From an uncultured Bacilli bacterium (lineage in GTDB: Bacteria; Bacillota_I; Bacilli_A; RF39; UBA660), in assembly GCA_947632455.1 (NCBI GenBank), contig CANRPK010000005.1, positions 1 through 62,457 on the forward strand: a DNA stretch of 62,457 nt. Reading direction: 5' to 3'. Both the position numbers and the translations under genes were made by a program. Shown here in pieces: positions 1-8,728 of the stretch. Positions within the stretch are counted from its first letter, which is position 1. Each line of letters starts with the position of its first letter. A model generated the notes under the pieces. That model saw nothing but the letters and a program-made list of their open reading frames with translations, did no database searches and had not been told where the DNA came from.

Positions 1-41
1 AAAACTTCCTTATCAACTTCTAATTCTTTTACAACATCCAT
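1..41 (-). CDS. 5' end of an unidentified CDS running off the left edge (MDVVKELEVDKEV...)
   Basis: ATG at 41..39 with GAGGAG (complement of 47..52) 5 nt upstream. Only 13 codons are visible. Confidence 0.35.
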   Translation of the reverse strand, partial: MDVVKELEVDKEV

Positions 42-70
42 AAGAACTCCTCACTTTCTTCCAATAATAA

Positions 71-96
71 CAAAAAACTAGAACGTACTTCTAGTT
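71..96 (-). terminator. rho-independent terminator downstream of tRNA-Gly
   Basis: 8-bp stem aactagaa/ttctagtt (76..83 / 89..96) with a 5-nt loop, followed on the minus strand by a T-run (A-run 72..77 on plus). Confidence 0.55.
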
Positions 97-141
97 AATG
101 TATATTACTACTCGAAGAATTTTCCGAGTTTCCTATCAATC

Positions 142-215
142 TGGAGCGAGTGATGGGAATCGAACCCACGTTATCAGCTTGGAAGGCTGAAGCTCTACCA
201 TTAAACTACACTCGC
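142..215 (-). tRNA. tRNA-Gly (anticodon UCC), CCA encoded
   Basis: The reverse complement reads GCGAGTG..TCAGC-CTTCCAA-GCTGA..GTGGGTTCGATTCCCAT-CACTCGC-T-CCA. It has a 7-bp acceptor stem, a 7-nt anticodon loop with TCC at positions 34-36 and a GTTCGAT T-loop. Confidence 0.95.
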
Positions 216-233
216 ATTTGTTAGATAATATAA

Positions 234-261
234 ATTATATCATATTATCTAAATTTTTCAA
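234..261 (-). promoter_or_regulatory. sigma-A-type promoter for tRNA-Gly
   Basis: The minus strand reads TTGAAA (256..261), a 16-nt spacer, then TATAAT (234..239). The tRNA 5' end lies 18 nt downstream of the -10 box. Confidence 0.5.
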
Positions 262-1242
262 CTATATTTTATAGATTTTTGTATTTTTCTTAGCTGTTTT
301 AACGATTGCAATAATAGATGCTATTCCTAATGGTAAAATTATATAACCATAATTTACACCTGTTTGAGGTGTTTCAACTTCAGAACAATCTTTTACAAAT
401 TGATCATAGCTTACAGCTTTACCATTATGGTCGTAATAATATTTATTATCAACAACTGTACATATATATTTAAAACATTGTTCATAATATTTTTCTTCCG
501 TTACTTTAGTACCATCTTTACCATAATATTCATCATCAATAACAACACATGTTTTTGGTTCTTCTTTATTACATTCTTTATTGTATTCTTCTTTAGTTAC
601 AACATTTCCGTCTTTTCCATAATAAGTGTTGCCTTCTACTACACATACTTTTGGCTCTTCCTTATTACACTCTTTATTGTACTCTTCTTTAGTTACTACT
701 TTTCCATCTTTTCCATAATAAGTGTTGCCTTCTACTACACATACTTTTGGTTCTTCCTTATTACACTCTTTATTGTATTCTTCTTTAGTTACTACTTTTC
801 CATCTTTGCCATAGTAAGTGTTTCCTTCAATAACACATACTTTTGGTTCTGGATTAGTTTCCTCCGCGACTAAAGGTTCAAAATTGGCTAAACATTCAGT
901 ATCAGATAAGTTTCCAGTAAAAACTAAATCTGCGACTTCAATAGTTCCTTTATGAGATGTCTTAGATGTAAAATCAACATTAATAGAAAGACCATTATTA
1001 TTAGTCCAATCACCATTAGTTCTAATATCTTCAAGTTTTAAATTTTTTAATATTAAGTTACCTTGAATATGGTTAATATTAAAATCAGTAGTAATAGCAA
1101 TATGACATACTTTATAGAATGTTTTATCATCTAGTTTTTGCTTAGCATCACAATAATAATTAAATTTATATGACTTGGCTTCAATTTTAATTGGCATTAA
1201 AATTACCATCGCGCATATAAGCATTGTTAAAATTCTTTTCAT
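262..1242 (-). CDS. sortase-anchored surface protein with five Cys-bounded ~30-aa YYGKDG repeats
   Basis: Signal peptide MKRILTMLICAMVILMPIKIEA. C-terminal TPQTG (358..372), then a hydrophobic stretch, then a KKNTKIYKI tail. Start moved to the ATG at 1242 (GGAGG 8 nt upstream) because the ORF-track start at 1299 lies inside the promoter. Confidence 0.75.
   Translation of the reverse strand: MKRILTMLICAMVILMPIKIEAKSYKFNYYCDAKQKLDDKTFYKVCHIAITTDFNINHIQGNLILKNLKLEDIRTNGDWTNNNGLSINVDFTSKTSHKGTIEVADLVFTGNLSDTECLANFEPLVAEETNPEPKVCVIEGNTYYGKDGKVVTKEEYNKECNKEEPKVCVVEGNTYYGKDGKVVTKEEYNKECNKEEPKVCVVEGNTYYGKDGNVVTKEEYNKECNKEEPKTCVVIDDEYYGKDGTKVTEEKYYEQCFKYICTVVDNKYYYDHNGKAVSYDQFVKDCSEVETPQTGVNYGYIILPLGIASIIAIVKTAKKNTKIYKI
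559..846. repeat. 3 x 96-bp near-identical in-frame tandem repeat inside the surface-protein gene
   Basis: Three consecutive units encode PKVCV[IV]EGNTYYGKDG[KN]VVTKEEYNKECNKEE with only a few nucleotide differences. Two degenerate units follow at 385..558. Confidence 0.9.
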
Positions 1243-1270
1243 TTCAAAACCCTCCTGTTTGTAATTTATT

Positions 1271-1299
1271 ATGATAAGCTTTTTTAGGCTTTTTGTCAA
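1271..1299 (-). promoter_or_regulatory. sigma-A-type promoter of the surface-protein gene
   Basis: The minus strand reads TTGACA (1294..1299), a 17-nt spacer, then TATCAT (1271..1276). Confidence 0.5.
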
Positions 1300-1319
1300 G
1301 TATTTTAGGGCTTTGGTAG

Positions 1320-1347
1320 AAAAAAAGATTCCTAATCTCGGGAATCT
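1320..1347 (-). terminator. terminator of the BI-1 family gene, overlapping its stop codon
   Basis: Stem agattcc/ggaatct (1326..1332 / 1341..1347) followed by a T-run on the minus strand. Confidence 0.5.
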
Positions 1348-1973
1348 CCTATTAATGATAATAGATTAATAAAAATGTTTATAAAATCTAAGTATAATTC
1401 AAAGGCACCATTTATGGCTATAATTTCTGTATCTATGGATGTTTCACTTAAAGTTTTGATTTTTTTAATATCATAAGCAGTATAAGCTAAAAATAGTAAG
1501 ACAGCGATTATAGTAATAACAAGATCAAAAGTAGAATTATTTACAAAAATGTTTATAACTGTACATAATACTACACCAATTAATCCCATTAATAAATATG
1601 TACTTATTTTACTTAAATCTAATTTAGTATAATAGCCTATTAAACCAAATATTCCAAATAATAATGCACATATTAAGAAAACATATATTATTGAAGAAAT
1701 ATTAAAGGCTATAAATATGCTAGAAAATGTTAAACCACTTACAAATGAATATAAGAGAAAACAAATTTTAGCGGAAGTTGGCTGCATTTTTAGAACTCTG
1801 GTAGAAAAATATATAACTAATCCTAATTCAATAACGACAAACAACCAATAAAGATAGCCACTATAAATAGCATTAAGCATATTTTCATTAATAGATACTA
1901 CATATCCTGTAATAAATGTTACTAAAAGGCCAACAAACATCCAAAGAAAGGTCTTTGATAATAATTTGTTCAT
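1332..1973 (-). CDS. Bax inhibitor-1/YccA family membrane protein
   Basis: 213 aa, about 7 TM helices. The N-terminus FLWMFVGLLVTFITGY and the overall pattern are typical of the BI-1/YbhL family. Confidence 0.8.
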   Translation of the reverse strand: MNKLLSKTFLWMFVGLLVTFITGYVVSINENMLNAIYSGYLYWLFVVIELGLVIYFSTRVLKMQPTSAKICFLLYSFVSGLTFSSIFIAFNISSIIYVFLICALLFGIFGLIGYYTKLDLSKISTYLLMGLIGVVLCTVINIFVNNSTFDLVITIIAVLLFLAYTAYDIKKIKTLSETSIDTEIIAINGAFELYLDFINIFINLLSLIGDSRD

Positions 1974-1993
1974 TTTTTCCTCCTTACTTTTAT

Positions 1994-2022
1994 ATTATAA
2001 CATAATTTTAATATAACGTAAA
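1994..2022 (-). promoter_or_regulatory. extended -10 promoter for the BI-1 family gene
   Basis: The minus strand reads TTTACG, a 17-nt spacer ending in TGt, then TATAAT (1994..1999). Confidence 0.45.
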
Positions 2023-2064
2023 TGCGATGATTTATTCATTATATTATATGTAATTATTAATTTT

Positions 2065-3165
2065 TTAAACATTAAATCTAAAGTAAACTATGTCCCCATC
2101 TTGCATTAAATAATCTTTACCTTCTAAGCGTAATTTACCCGCTTCTTTAACTTTTAGTTCACTTCCATATTCTTTTAAATCATTAAAACTTGTAACTTCA
2201 GCTTTAATAAAGCCTTTTTCAATATCACTATGAATAAGGCCAGCACAACTTTTAGCGTTCATTCCTTTTTTGAAAGTCCAAGCTCGACATTCATCGGGGC
2301 CACTGGTAAAGAATGTTTCTAATCCAAGTAAATTATAGGTAGCAAATATTAGTTTATCTAAACCAGAACTGGATATGCCTAATTCTTTTAAAAAGATTTT
2401 TTTATCTTCATCAGATAATTCAGATAGTTCTGATTCCATTTTGGCACACATGACTATTACTCCACTTTGTTCTTTACTAGCATAATCTTTAATTAATTTA
2501 GTATAGGCATTATCTCCAATTATTAAATCATCTTCTAAAACATTAGCACAATAAATTAAAGGTTTTAAAGTAATAAAATTAAATGATTTTAATACTTCTT
2601 TTTCATCTTCTGTAAATTCTACTCTTCTTAGAGGAATATTTTGTTCTAGATTAGTTTTAGCTTTTTTTAGAGTTTCTACTTCTAAAATTGCTTCTTTATC
2701 TTTAGTAGTTTCGGCTTTTTTTATAATTTTTTCTAAGCGATTATCAATTATTTCTAAGTCAGATAATATTAATTCAACATTAATAATTTCAATATCTCTA
2801 ATAGGATCTGTTTTACCTTCAACATGGGTGATATTAGCATCATCAAAGGCCCTTACTACTTCAACAATAGCATCTGTTTGGCGGATATGACTTAAAAATT
2901 TATTACCTAGTCCCTCACCTTTTGATGCACCTTTAACTAAACCCGCGATATCCGTAAATTCAAAAGTTGTAGGTACAGTATTTTTGGGTAAATACATATT
3001 TTCTAGGAATGTTAAACGTTCATCAGGAACTGTAACTGTACCAACATTAGGATCTATGGTGGCAAATGGGTAATTAGCTGCTAAAATATTTTGTTTAGTA
3101 ATAGCGTTAAATAAAGTAGATTTACCTACATTAGGTAGGCCAATTATTCCGGCTTTTAAACTCAT
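2065..3165 (-). CDS. ychF: redox-regulated ribosome-binding ATPase YchF
   Basis: GIIGLPNVGKSTLFNA P-loop, DIAGLVKGAS, a TGS-like C-terminus (DGDIVYFRFNV) and the canonical 366-aa length. Confidence 0.95.
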   Translation of the reverse strand: MSLKAGIIGLPNVGKSTLFNAITKQNILAANYPFATIDPNVGTVTVPDERLTFLENMYLPKNTVPTTFEFTDIAGLVKGASKGEGLGNKFLSHIRQTDAIVEVVRAFDDANITHVEGKTDPIRDIEIINVELILSDLEIIDNRLEKIIKKAETTKDKEAILEVETLKKAKTNLEQNIPLRRVEFTEDEKEVLKSFNFITLKPLIYCANVLEDDLIIGDNAYTKLIKDYASKEQSGVIVMCAKMESELSELSDEDKKIFLKELGISSSGLDKLIFATYNLLGLETFFTSGPDECRAWTFKKGMNAKSCAGLIHSDIEKGFIKAEVTSFNDLKEYGSELKVKEAGKLRLEGKDYLMQDGDIVYFRFNV

Positions 3166-3250
3166 ATTATTACCTCTTTTCTGTTTTATATTATAACACT
3201 TTTAATTTATATTTTTAAATACTTTTATTATTCTTTTAATTTTAAGTAAG

Positions 3251-3275
3251 AAAAAATATCAGTTACACTGATATT
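3251..3275 (-). terminator. rho-independent terminator (25-nt module, copy 1)
   Basis: aaaaaatatcagttacactgatatt: stem atatcag/ctgatat with a T-run on the minus strand. It abuts the stop codon of 3274..4020. Confidence 0.65.
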
Positions 3276-4020
3276 ATTTTGTTAGAGTATTAGAGTTTTG
3301 TTCCTCATATACTCTTTGTAAAGAATTTATTAATAGTTGAGAATTATTAAAGGCTTTGGCAAATTTTTGTTTAACAGCAACATAGTTTAATATATCTTCA
3401 TCATTAATGTAATATATACAACCTTTTTCATTTTCTTCAATTATATAGGCTTGGCAATTAGAGCCTAAATAAATTAATGAACAATCTTTTGGTAAAAGAT
3501 AAGCGGGACCAATAATATCTTCTCTTGTTACTTTTTCTAAATTACATGTAATATTAGGGTCTCTATCAGCTATAGCTTGATTTAAATAATCAGCTAAACG
3601 TAAAATTGGAGCATATTCTTCTTTAATACCGATATAGCCTTCCATTGTTTTTGGAACCATATTCTCATCAAAACCAGGATCAATTATAGTGTAATCATCT
3701 TCTTTTTGAAGGCCAAACATTCCTAAGCTAGGATATGTTTTATCTATTTGGTATGGTAGGTATCCGGCTTTAATTTTATAAGTGTTATCAATATTTTCAA
3801 CAGGGCATGATATATCTTTATCAAAATAAAAGCTAATTGTATTTTCACCTGATAAAACATCTAAAGCTTCAGTGATAGTCATATCCTTTTTTAATTCAGT
3901 TATTGATGCCTCGACTGATTCCTTTGGGCTATCCTTTCTAGAAATACTAATTGAACAACCATTTAATAAACTAGTTAGTGCTAAAGCACTAGCCATAATT
4001 CTTAAATTTTTTATTTTCAT
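3274..4020 (-). CDS. hypothetical lipoprotein
   Basis: Signal peptide with the lipobox-like LLNGC. No recognisable catalytic motif. Confidence 0.65.
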   Translation of the reverse strand: MKIKNLRIMASALALTSLLNGCSISISRKDSPKESVEASITELKKDMTITEALDVLSGENTISFYFDKDISCPVENIDNTYKIKAGYLPYQIDKTYPSLGMFGLQKEDDYTIIDPGFDENMVPKTMEGYIGIKEEYAPILRLADYLNQAIADRDPNITCNLEKVTREDIIGPAYLLPKDCSLIYLGSNCQAYIIEENEKGCIYYINDEDILNYVAVKQKFAKAFNNSQLLINSLQRVYEEQNSNTLTK

Positions 4021-4080
4021 ACTAAAACCTCCCCTTTAAGAACAGTTTGTTAGTATAGCACTTATTCTTTTAAATGTCAA

Positions 4081-4105
4081 AAAAAATATCAGTTACACTG
4101 ATATT
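4081..4105 (-). terminator. rho-independent terminator (25-nt module, copy 2, identical to 3251..3275)
   Basis: The same 25-nt string, abutting the stop codon of the AbgT-family gene. Confidence 0.65.
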
Positions 4106-5652
4106 TAAATACTTACTACACCATTTATACCAATAGGTAGACCTATGATGAACCAAGCAATTAATAAAGCTAGTAAGATAAAGCCAATTACTAAACTATA
4201 TGGTACTTGATATTTAATGGTTTTAAATAAATTTATAGGTTTTTCATTTTGATTATATTTTTCTAAGTAGGCTAAATATATTACATAATAAGCCATAACT
4301 GGGGTTAAAGCCATTGTTGCAGATTCTCCAAAACGGAATATTACTTGAGCAAATTCAGGGGCTATTCCCGCGTCCATTAAGGTTGGAACAGCAATTCCTG
4401 ATAAAATAAGCCATTTAAAGTTAGAATTTGGTAAGAATATTGTTCCAATAGCACTTATAATAAATAATATGATTATTAAAGGGAAAGTTCCTAAATTTTG
4501 GATGGTTAGAATATTGGCTAAAGAGGCCATAATTACTTCACCAATATTGGTACGTTTAAAAATACTAATAAAGGTTGAAGCAAAAAAGATTAAGACTAGA
4601 GTTTTACCTACTCCATCTAGACTATGACCTAAATCATCACATAAATCTTTATTATTTTTAATTGTTTTAGCTCCTATACCATAGAACAAACCTAAAATTA
4701 CAAAAAACATAGTAATTACAAAGACAAAACCATTACTAAAGAAGGAATCGGCACTAAATAATTTATCTATATAAAATGTTTGAGAATGATCTAGTAATGC
4801 ACCAGATAATGGTAAACCAGGAATTATACAATAAACGAAAAATACTAAATATAATAAACCAGCAATTACTGCTAAAACTAAACCTTTTAATTCGCGATTA
4901 GTAATTATTAAATCTTCTTCTAATTCAGTTTCAGGAAAATCATATTTAGGTAATTTTTCAGCAATATAATTTTCAGTAATAGCGGTAATTATTAAAGATA
5001 TAATTATTACGGCAATAAGCATGATAAAGACAAAACTGGTTGTGCCTAAATTATAACTTGGATTAATAATATGAGAACCTAAAAGAGTACTTTTTAATAA
5101 TTCGGAATCACTACTAGTAAATAAGAAGTTTATACCTGTTCCAGCACATAAAGCCGCGTATGAAGCTATTATTCCTATATAAGGATTACGTCGCCCATAA
5201 ATAAAGATTAAAGCACTTAATGGAATCATTATTACAAAAGGCAAATAACCCATAATACTTGATAATATACAAATAAATACAATAGCAAATGTAACTGTTT
5301 TCTTTTTTACTTTTTTTGTTAATAAAGTTATAGCCGTTTTTAAGAAACCACTTTTTTCCATAACTCCTATACCAATTAAGACAATAATTAAACTAGATAA
5401 AGGGGTAAATGAAACAAAATTGGCAACAGTCGTAGTAAAAATATATTTTAGACCACTTAAACTAAATAAAGATTCTACAGAAACTAATTTTTGAGTTGTT
5501 TCTAGAGTTACATCATTTCCTATACTAGTATAATTAACTTGAACCCCTAATAAACCTAAAAAACCACTTACAACAATAGTTATAACAATTAAGACAACTA
5601 AAGTCATAATGGGATCTAGGGTTATACGATCTTTAAGATTTCTTTTCTTCAT
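4105..5652 (-). CDS. AbgT family (p-aminobenzoyl-glutamate-type) transporter
   Basis: 515-aa polytopic protein. The N-terminal pattern SLFSLSGLKYIFTTTVANFVSFTPL..IGIGVMEKSGF matches the AbgT family signature region. GGAGG RBS. Confidence 0.75.
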   Translation of the reverse strand: MKKRNLKDRITLDPIMTLVVLIVITIVVSGFLGLLGVQVNYTSIGNDVTLETTQKLVSVESLFSLSGLKYIFTTTVANFVSFTPLSSLIIVLIGIGVMEKSGFLKTAITLLTKKVKKKTVTFAIVFICILSSIMGYLPFVIMIPLSALIFIYGRRNPYIGIIASYAALCAGTGINFLFTSSDSELLKSTLLGSHIINPSYNLGTTSFVFIMLIAVIIISLIITAITENYIAEKLPKYDFPETELEEDLIITNRELKGLVLAVIAGLLYLVFFVYCIIPGLPLSGALLDHSQTFYIDKLFSADSFFSNGFVFVITMFFVILGLFYGIGAKTIKNNKDLCDDLGHSLDGVGKTLVLIFFASTFISIFKRTNIGEVIMASLANILTIQNLGTFPLIIILFIISAIGTIFLPNSNFKWLILSGIAVPTLMDAGIAPEFAQVIFRFGESATMALTPVMAYYVIYLAYLEKYNQNEKPINLFKTIKYQVPYSLVIGFILLALLIAWFIIGLPIGINGVVSI

Positions 5653-5839
5653 TAGTTCCTCCTAATACTTTTTTTAATTTGCGAATAAATTCTAAACGAT
5701 CGAGCATAATTTCCCGACCGCAACCTAAGCATTTAAGTTTAATATCTACTCCATCACGAATTATAAGCCATTCATTAGCTTTACAGGCATGGGGTTTTTT
5801 CATAATAACTTTATCATTTAATTTAAATGTCTTGTCCAT
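5633..5839 (-). CDS. DUF951 family small protein (YyzM-like)
   Basis: 68 aa, KKPHACKANEWLIIRDGVDIKLKCLGCGREIML. Conserved position between mscS/parB and ychF, as in Bacillus. Confidence 0.8.
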   Translation of the reverse strand: MDKTFKLNDKVIMKKPHACKANEWLIIRDGVDIKLKCLGCGREIMLDRLEFIRKLKKVLGGTNEEKKS

Positions 5840-6638
5840 GATGCACCTCTATTTGATTATAAGGTATTTTTATATTATGCTCATCATAAGCAGTTTTTAC
5901 TCTTTTTAATATTTCACGGCGGATTGGATAACGATTGCTTTGATCGCAGTGGATATTAATTAAATAATCTACGGAATGAGCACCTAAATTATCAATACCT
6001 AAATATTTACTATCTTCTAAAATAATTTTTTCTTTTATAGCTTTGGATATTACATTAGTTAAAATTTCAGCAATTTTTGATTCATTTTCTTCATAGGCTG
6101 TTGGTATAGTTAGTAAAAGATGTGCTGTTTTTTGTGATGAATTAATAATAGTATCAATATTACGATTAGCAACAATTAATACTTGCCCATCATTTTGTTT
6201 AATTTTAGTAGTTCTAAGTCCCAATTCTATTACTTCACCAGTAAAATTATTATATGTTACAATATCGCCGACTTGAAGATAATTTTCTAATATTAAAGAT
6301 ATTCCACTTATAAAATCTTTAACAGTATCTTGAAGGGCTAAACCTAAAACTACTCCCACTACTCCTAGTGAGGCAACTAAGCTTTTAGTATCAATACCAA
6401 AGAAATCTAGTATTATTAATATAGATATAATGCCTATTAAATATTTAAAAATACTTTGAAATAATTTTATAATAGATTTACGACGTTTTATTTCAAATTT
6501 ATCACGACCAGTAATAAGTATTTTTGAGATAACTTTATTAAAGATTTTAATAAGAATATAAGCAATAGCAATAGTAATAATGGTTGCTATTACTTTTTTA
6601 GTTAAAATGGTCTTGAATATTTTATTTAAATATTTCAT
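5823..6638 (-). CDS. small-conductance mechanosensitive channel (MscS family)
   Basis: GVVGVVLGLALQDTVKDFISGISLILENYLQVGDIV motif. Start moved to the ATG at 6638 (AAGGAG 7 nt upstream), which sits immediately after the parB stop. Confidence 0.85.
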   Translation of the reverse strand: MKYLNKIFKTILTKKVIATIITIAIAYILIKIFNKVISKILITGRDKFEIKRRKSIIKLFQSIFKYLIGIISILIILDFFGIDTKSLVASLGVVGVVLGLALQDTVKDFISGISLILENYLQVGDIVTYNNFTGEVIELGLRTTKIKQNDGQVLIVANRNIDTIINSSQKTAHLLLTIPTAYEENESKIAEILTNVISKAIKEKIILEDSKYLGIDNLGAHSVDYLINIHCDQSNRYPIRREILKRVKTAYDEHNIKIPYNQIEVHHGQDI

Positions 6639-6639
6639 G

Positions 6640-7533
6640 TTATTCTCCTTCAACGGAAATGTTTAAATTTTCTAGTATTCTTGTTAATTCTTCTTCATCT
6701 TTATATGGTATTTCAATTTTTTTATTATTTATTTTTACTTTTACACCTAATTTTTCACGGCATAAATTTTCATAAATACTATATTTAATATCAAAATTAT
6801 TATTTCTAATAATAGTATGTTTTTTAGGAAGATTTTCCAAGTTTATTAGTTTTTCAGTATCACGAACACTTAAGCCCTCTCTTACGATTCTTAAAGCTAA
6901 TTCATTTATTTTACTTTCATCTTCAAGTTTGCTTAAAGCTCTAGCATGACCCATAGATAATTCTTTAGATTCTACTAATTTTATAGTTATTTCTGGTAAA
7001 TTTAATAAACCTAACATATTGGTAATATAACTACGACTTTTGGAAAACTTATGGGCTAATTCTTCTTGAGTAATGTTATTTATTTTTAATATATTTTCAT
7101 AAGCTTTAGCTTCTTCGATAGGATTTAAATTTTCTCTTTGAATATTTTCAATCAAAGCTATTTCCATCATTTCAGTATCGCTAAAATCTTTTATAATTGC
7201 AGGTATAGTAGTTAGACCGGCAAGTCTAGCAGCTCTAGTTCTTCTTTCACCGGCGACTAATTCATAACCTTTGATACTTCTTTTGACAATTATAGGTTGG
7301 ATGATACCATGTTCTTTGATAGAATTTGCCATTTCCTCTAAAGAATCACTATCAAAAACTACCCTTGGTTGATAAGGATTACTGCGAATTTCACTTAGAG
7401 GAATTTCCATTACTCCTCCATTATTTTTGCCTTCATCAACTATTTTTTCTTCGAATTTATCAAAATTGATAACTTCATTTGAAAATAATTGTTCAAGGCC
7501 TTTTCCTAAAGCTTTCTTTCTATTTTCCGTCAC
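6640..7533 (-). CDS. parB: chromosome partitioning protein ParB/Spo0J
   Basis: KALGKGLEQLF, IQPIIVKR..YELVAGERRTRAA and an HTH segment. Overlaps parA by 14 nt. Confidence 0.92.
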   Translation of the reverse strand: MTENRKKALGKGLEQLFSNEVINFDKFEEKIVDEGKNNGGVMEIPLSEIRSNPYQPRVVFDSDSLEEMANSIKEHGIIQPIIVKRSIKGYELVAGERRTRAARLAGLTTIPAIIKDFSDTEMMEIALIENIQRENLNPIEEAKAYENILKINNITQEELAHKFSKSRSYITNMLGLLNLPEITIKLVESKELSMGHARALSKLEDESKINELALRIVREGLSVRDTEKLINLENLPKKHTIIRNNNFDIKYSIYENLCREKLGVKVKINNKKIEIPYKDEEELTRILENLNISVEGE

Positions 7534-8305
7534 GAGCTATCACTTCCTTTGCTAAATTGGCATACGCGATTGTCGCTTTACTTTTAGGATCATATACATT
7601 TATTGGTTTTCCATGAGATGGAGCCTCGACTAATCTTACTAAACGAGGTATTATAGTATTAAATACTTTATCTTTAAAATATTTTCTTACTTCTTCTATT
7701 ACTTCTAGCCCAATTATAGTTCGACCATCAAGCATAGTTAATAAAACTCCTTCAATTCTTAATGAGGGGTTCATACTTGATTGAACCATGATAATTGAGT
7801 TTAAAAGTTGGGTAATTCCTTCAAGAGCAAAAAATTCACATTGAACAGGAATGATAACAGAATCACTAGCAACTAAAGCATTCATGGTTGGTAATCCTAA
7901 TGCTGGTTGGCAATCAATAATTATATATTCATAATCATCACGAATATTATTAATAGCTAAATTTAATTGTTCATTTTGATGAAATTCTTGATTATCAAGC
8001 ATTTTTTTTACAAATTCAACATCTACTCCGGCTAAATTTATAGTGCTAGGGAGAATAGATAAATTTTTGAATTTAGTTTTTTTTATGGCATCTTTAATAT
8101 CACATAAACCTGTCATAACTTCATAGATATCATGAGTATAATCACCATTTGATAAACCTAACCCAGTAGTGGCATTTCTTTGAGGATCAAGATCAATTAA
8201 AAGGGTCTTTTTGCCCTCTGCTCCTAAAGCCGCGGCTAAGTTTATGCTAGTAGTAGTTTTACCTACTCCTCCCTTTTGATTAACTAATGATATTACTTTT
8301 GCCAT
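7520..8305 (-). CDS. parA: chromosome partitioning ATPase ParA/Soj
   Basis: Deviant Walker A NQKGGVGKTTT, DLDPQ, IIDCQPALG. Confidence 0.92.
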   Translation of the reverse strand: MAKVISLVNQKGGVGKTTTSINLAAALGAEGKKTLLIDLDPQRNATTGLGLSNGDYTHDIYEVMTGLCDIKDAIKKTKFKNLSILPSTINLAGVDVEFVKKMLDNQEFHQNEQLNLAINNIRDDYEYIIIDCQPALGLPTMNALVASDSVIIPVQCEFFALEGITQLLNSIIMVQSSMNPSLRIEGVLLTMLDGRTIIGLEVIEEVRKYFKDKVFNTIIPRLVRLVEAPSHGKPINVYDPKSKATIAYANLAKEVIARDGK

Positions 8306-8481
8306 TTATGCTACACCTCTTTAATACATTCTTAATAACTAAAAATATTTTAACATATTATTTTTGTTTTGTCTTTATATTTTGATTAAATTAAATTAGT
8401 TTTTTAGAAATTGAAAATTGTGGCAAATTATGTCGAACGATTTTTATTGATTTAATTGTAACTTTAGGTTTATGATAACTT

Positions 8482-8728
8482 TAAGCGTTAGGACAGGTGT
8501 CTACTAATTATGACATAATTTACCTCCCTTTTAAACTCCTATGGGGGTTTTGGAGAAAGGAATTTTATGAATTTTTTAGTCTCATTAAAAGAAATTTTAA
8601 TAAAGATAATTAGTTTTTCTAAACTAAAAAAGACGCCTTGTTCAATCATTATTATTGTATCAAACAGTAATAATGTTGACATAAGCGTCTACCAACAAAA
8701 ATAGTAGACGTCAGTTTCCTAACGCTTA
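8482..8728. other. ~245-bp GC-enriched element bounded by imperfect inverted repeats (unclassified structured RNA or MITE)
   Basis: taagcgttagga (8482..8493) is perfectly complementary to tcctaacgctta (8717..8728), and gtctac (8499..8504) to gtagac (8704..8709). There are several internal hairpins, and ctt flanks both ends (8479..8481, 8729..8731). Confidence 0.4.

Noticed and set aside
559-846. Regular tandem repeats considered as a possible CRISPR-like array
   Set aside because: The units are directly adjacent (no spacers), 96 bp long, in frame, and translate into a repeated protein module.
364-873. 169-aa plus-strand ORF antisense to the surface-protein gene
   Set aside because: It is the mirror image of the 96-bp coding repeats, gives an F/I/Y-rich low-complexity translation, and has no RBS. 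The minus-strand frame has a signal peptide, a sorting signal and a promoter.
5679-5909. Short antisense or overlapping ORFs from the six-frame track. Examples: 5679..5909, 9636..9827, 11695..11898, 12998..13210, 14489..14779, 14566..14766, 16466..16675, 20532..20717, 25113..25301, 28589..28804, 30822..31061, 31975..32667, 32921..33145, 35091..35276, 36154..36810, 37511..37750, 39750..39971, 42126..42635, 44326..44637, 47706..48200, 54799..55116, 57358..57855, 60076..60318
   Set aside because: Each lies wholly inside a longer opposite-strand gene with recognisable motifs. None has an RBS or a recognisable domain.
8482-8728. Tried to assign the inverted-repeat element to RNase P RNA, SRP/scRNA, tmRNA or 6S RNA
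   Set aside because: It lacks the GAGGAAAGUCC-type P4 sequence, the GGAAGCAGCC SRP domain IV motif, a tRNA-like end or tag ORF, and the 6S-style single long helix with a central bubble. It is left unclassified rather than named.
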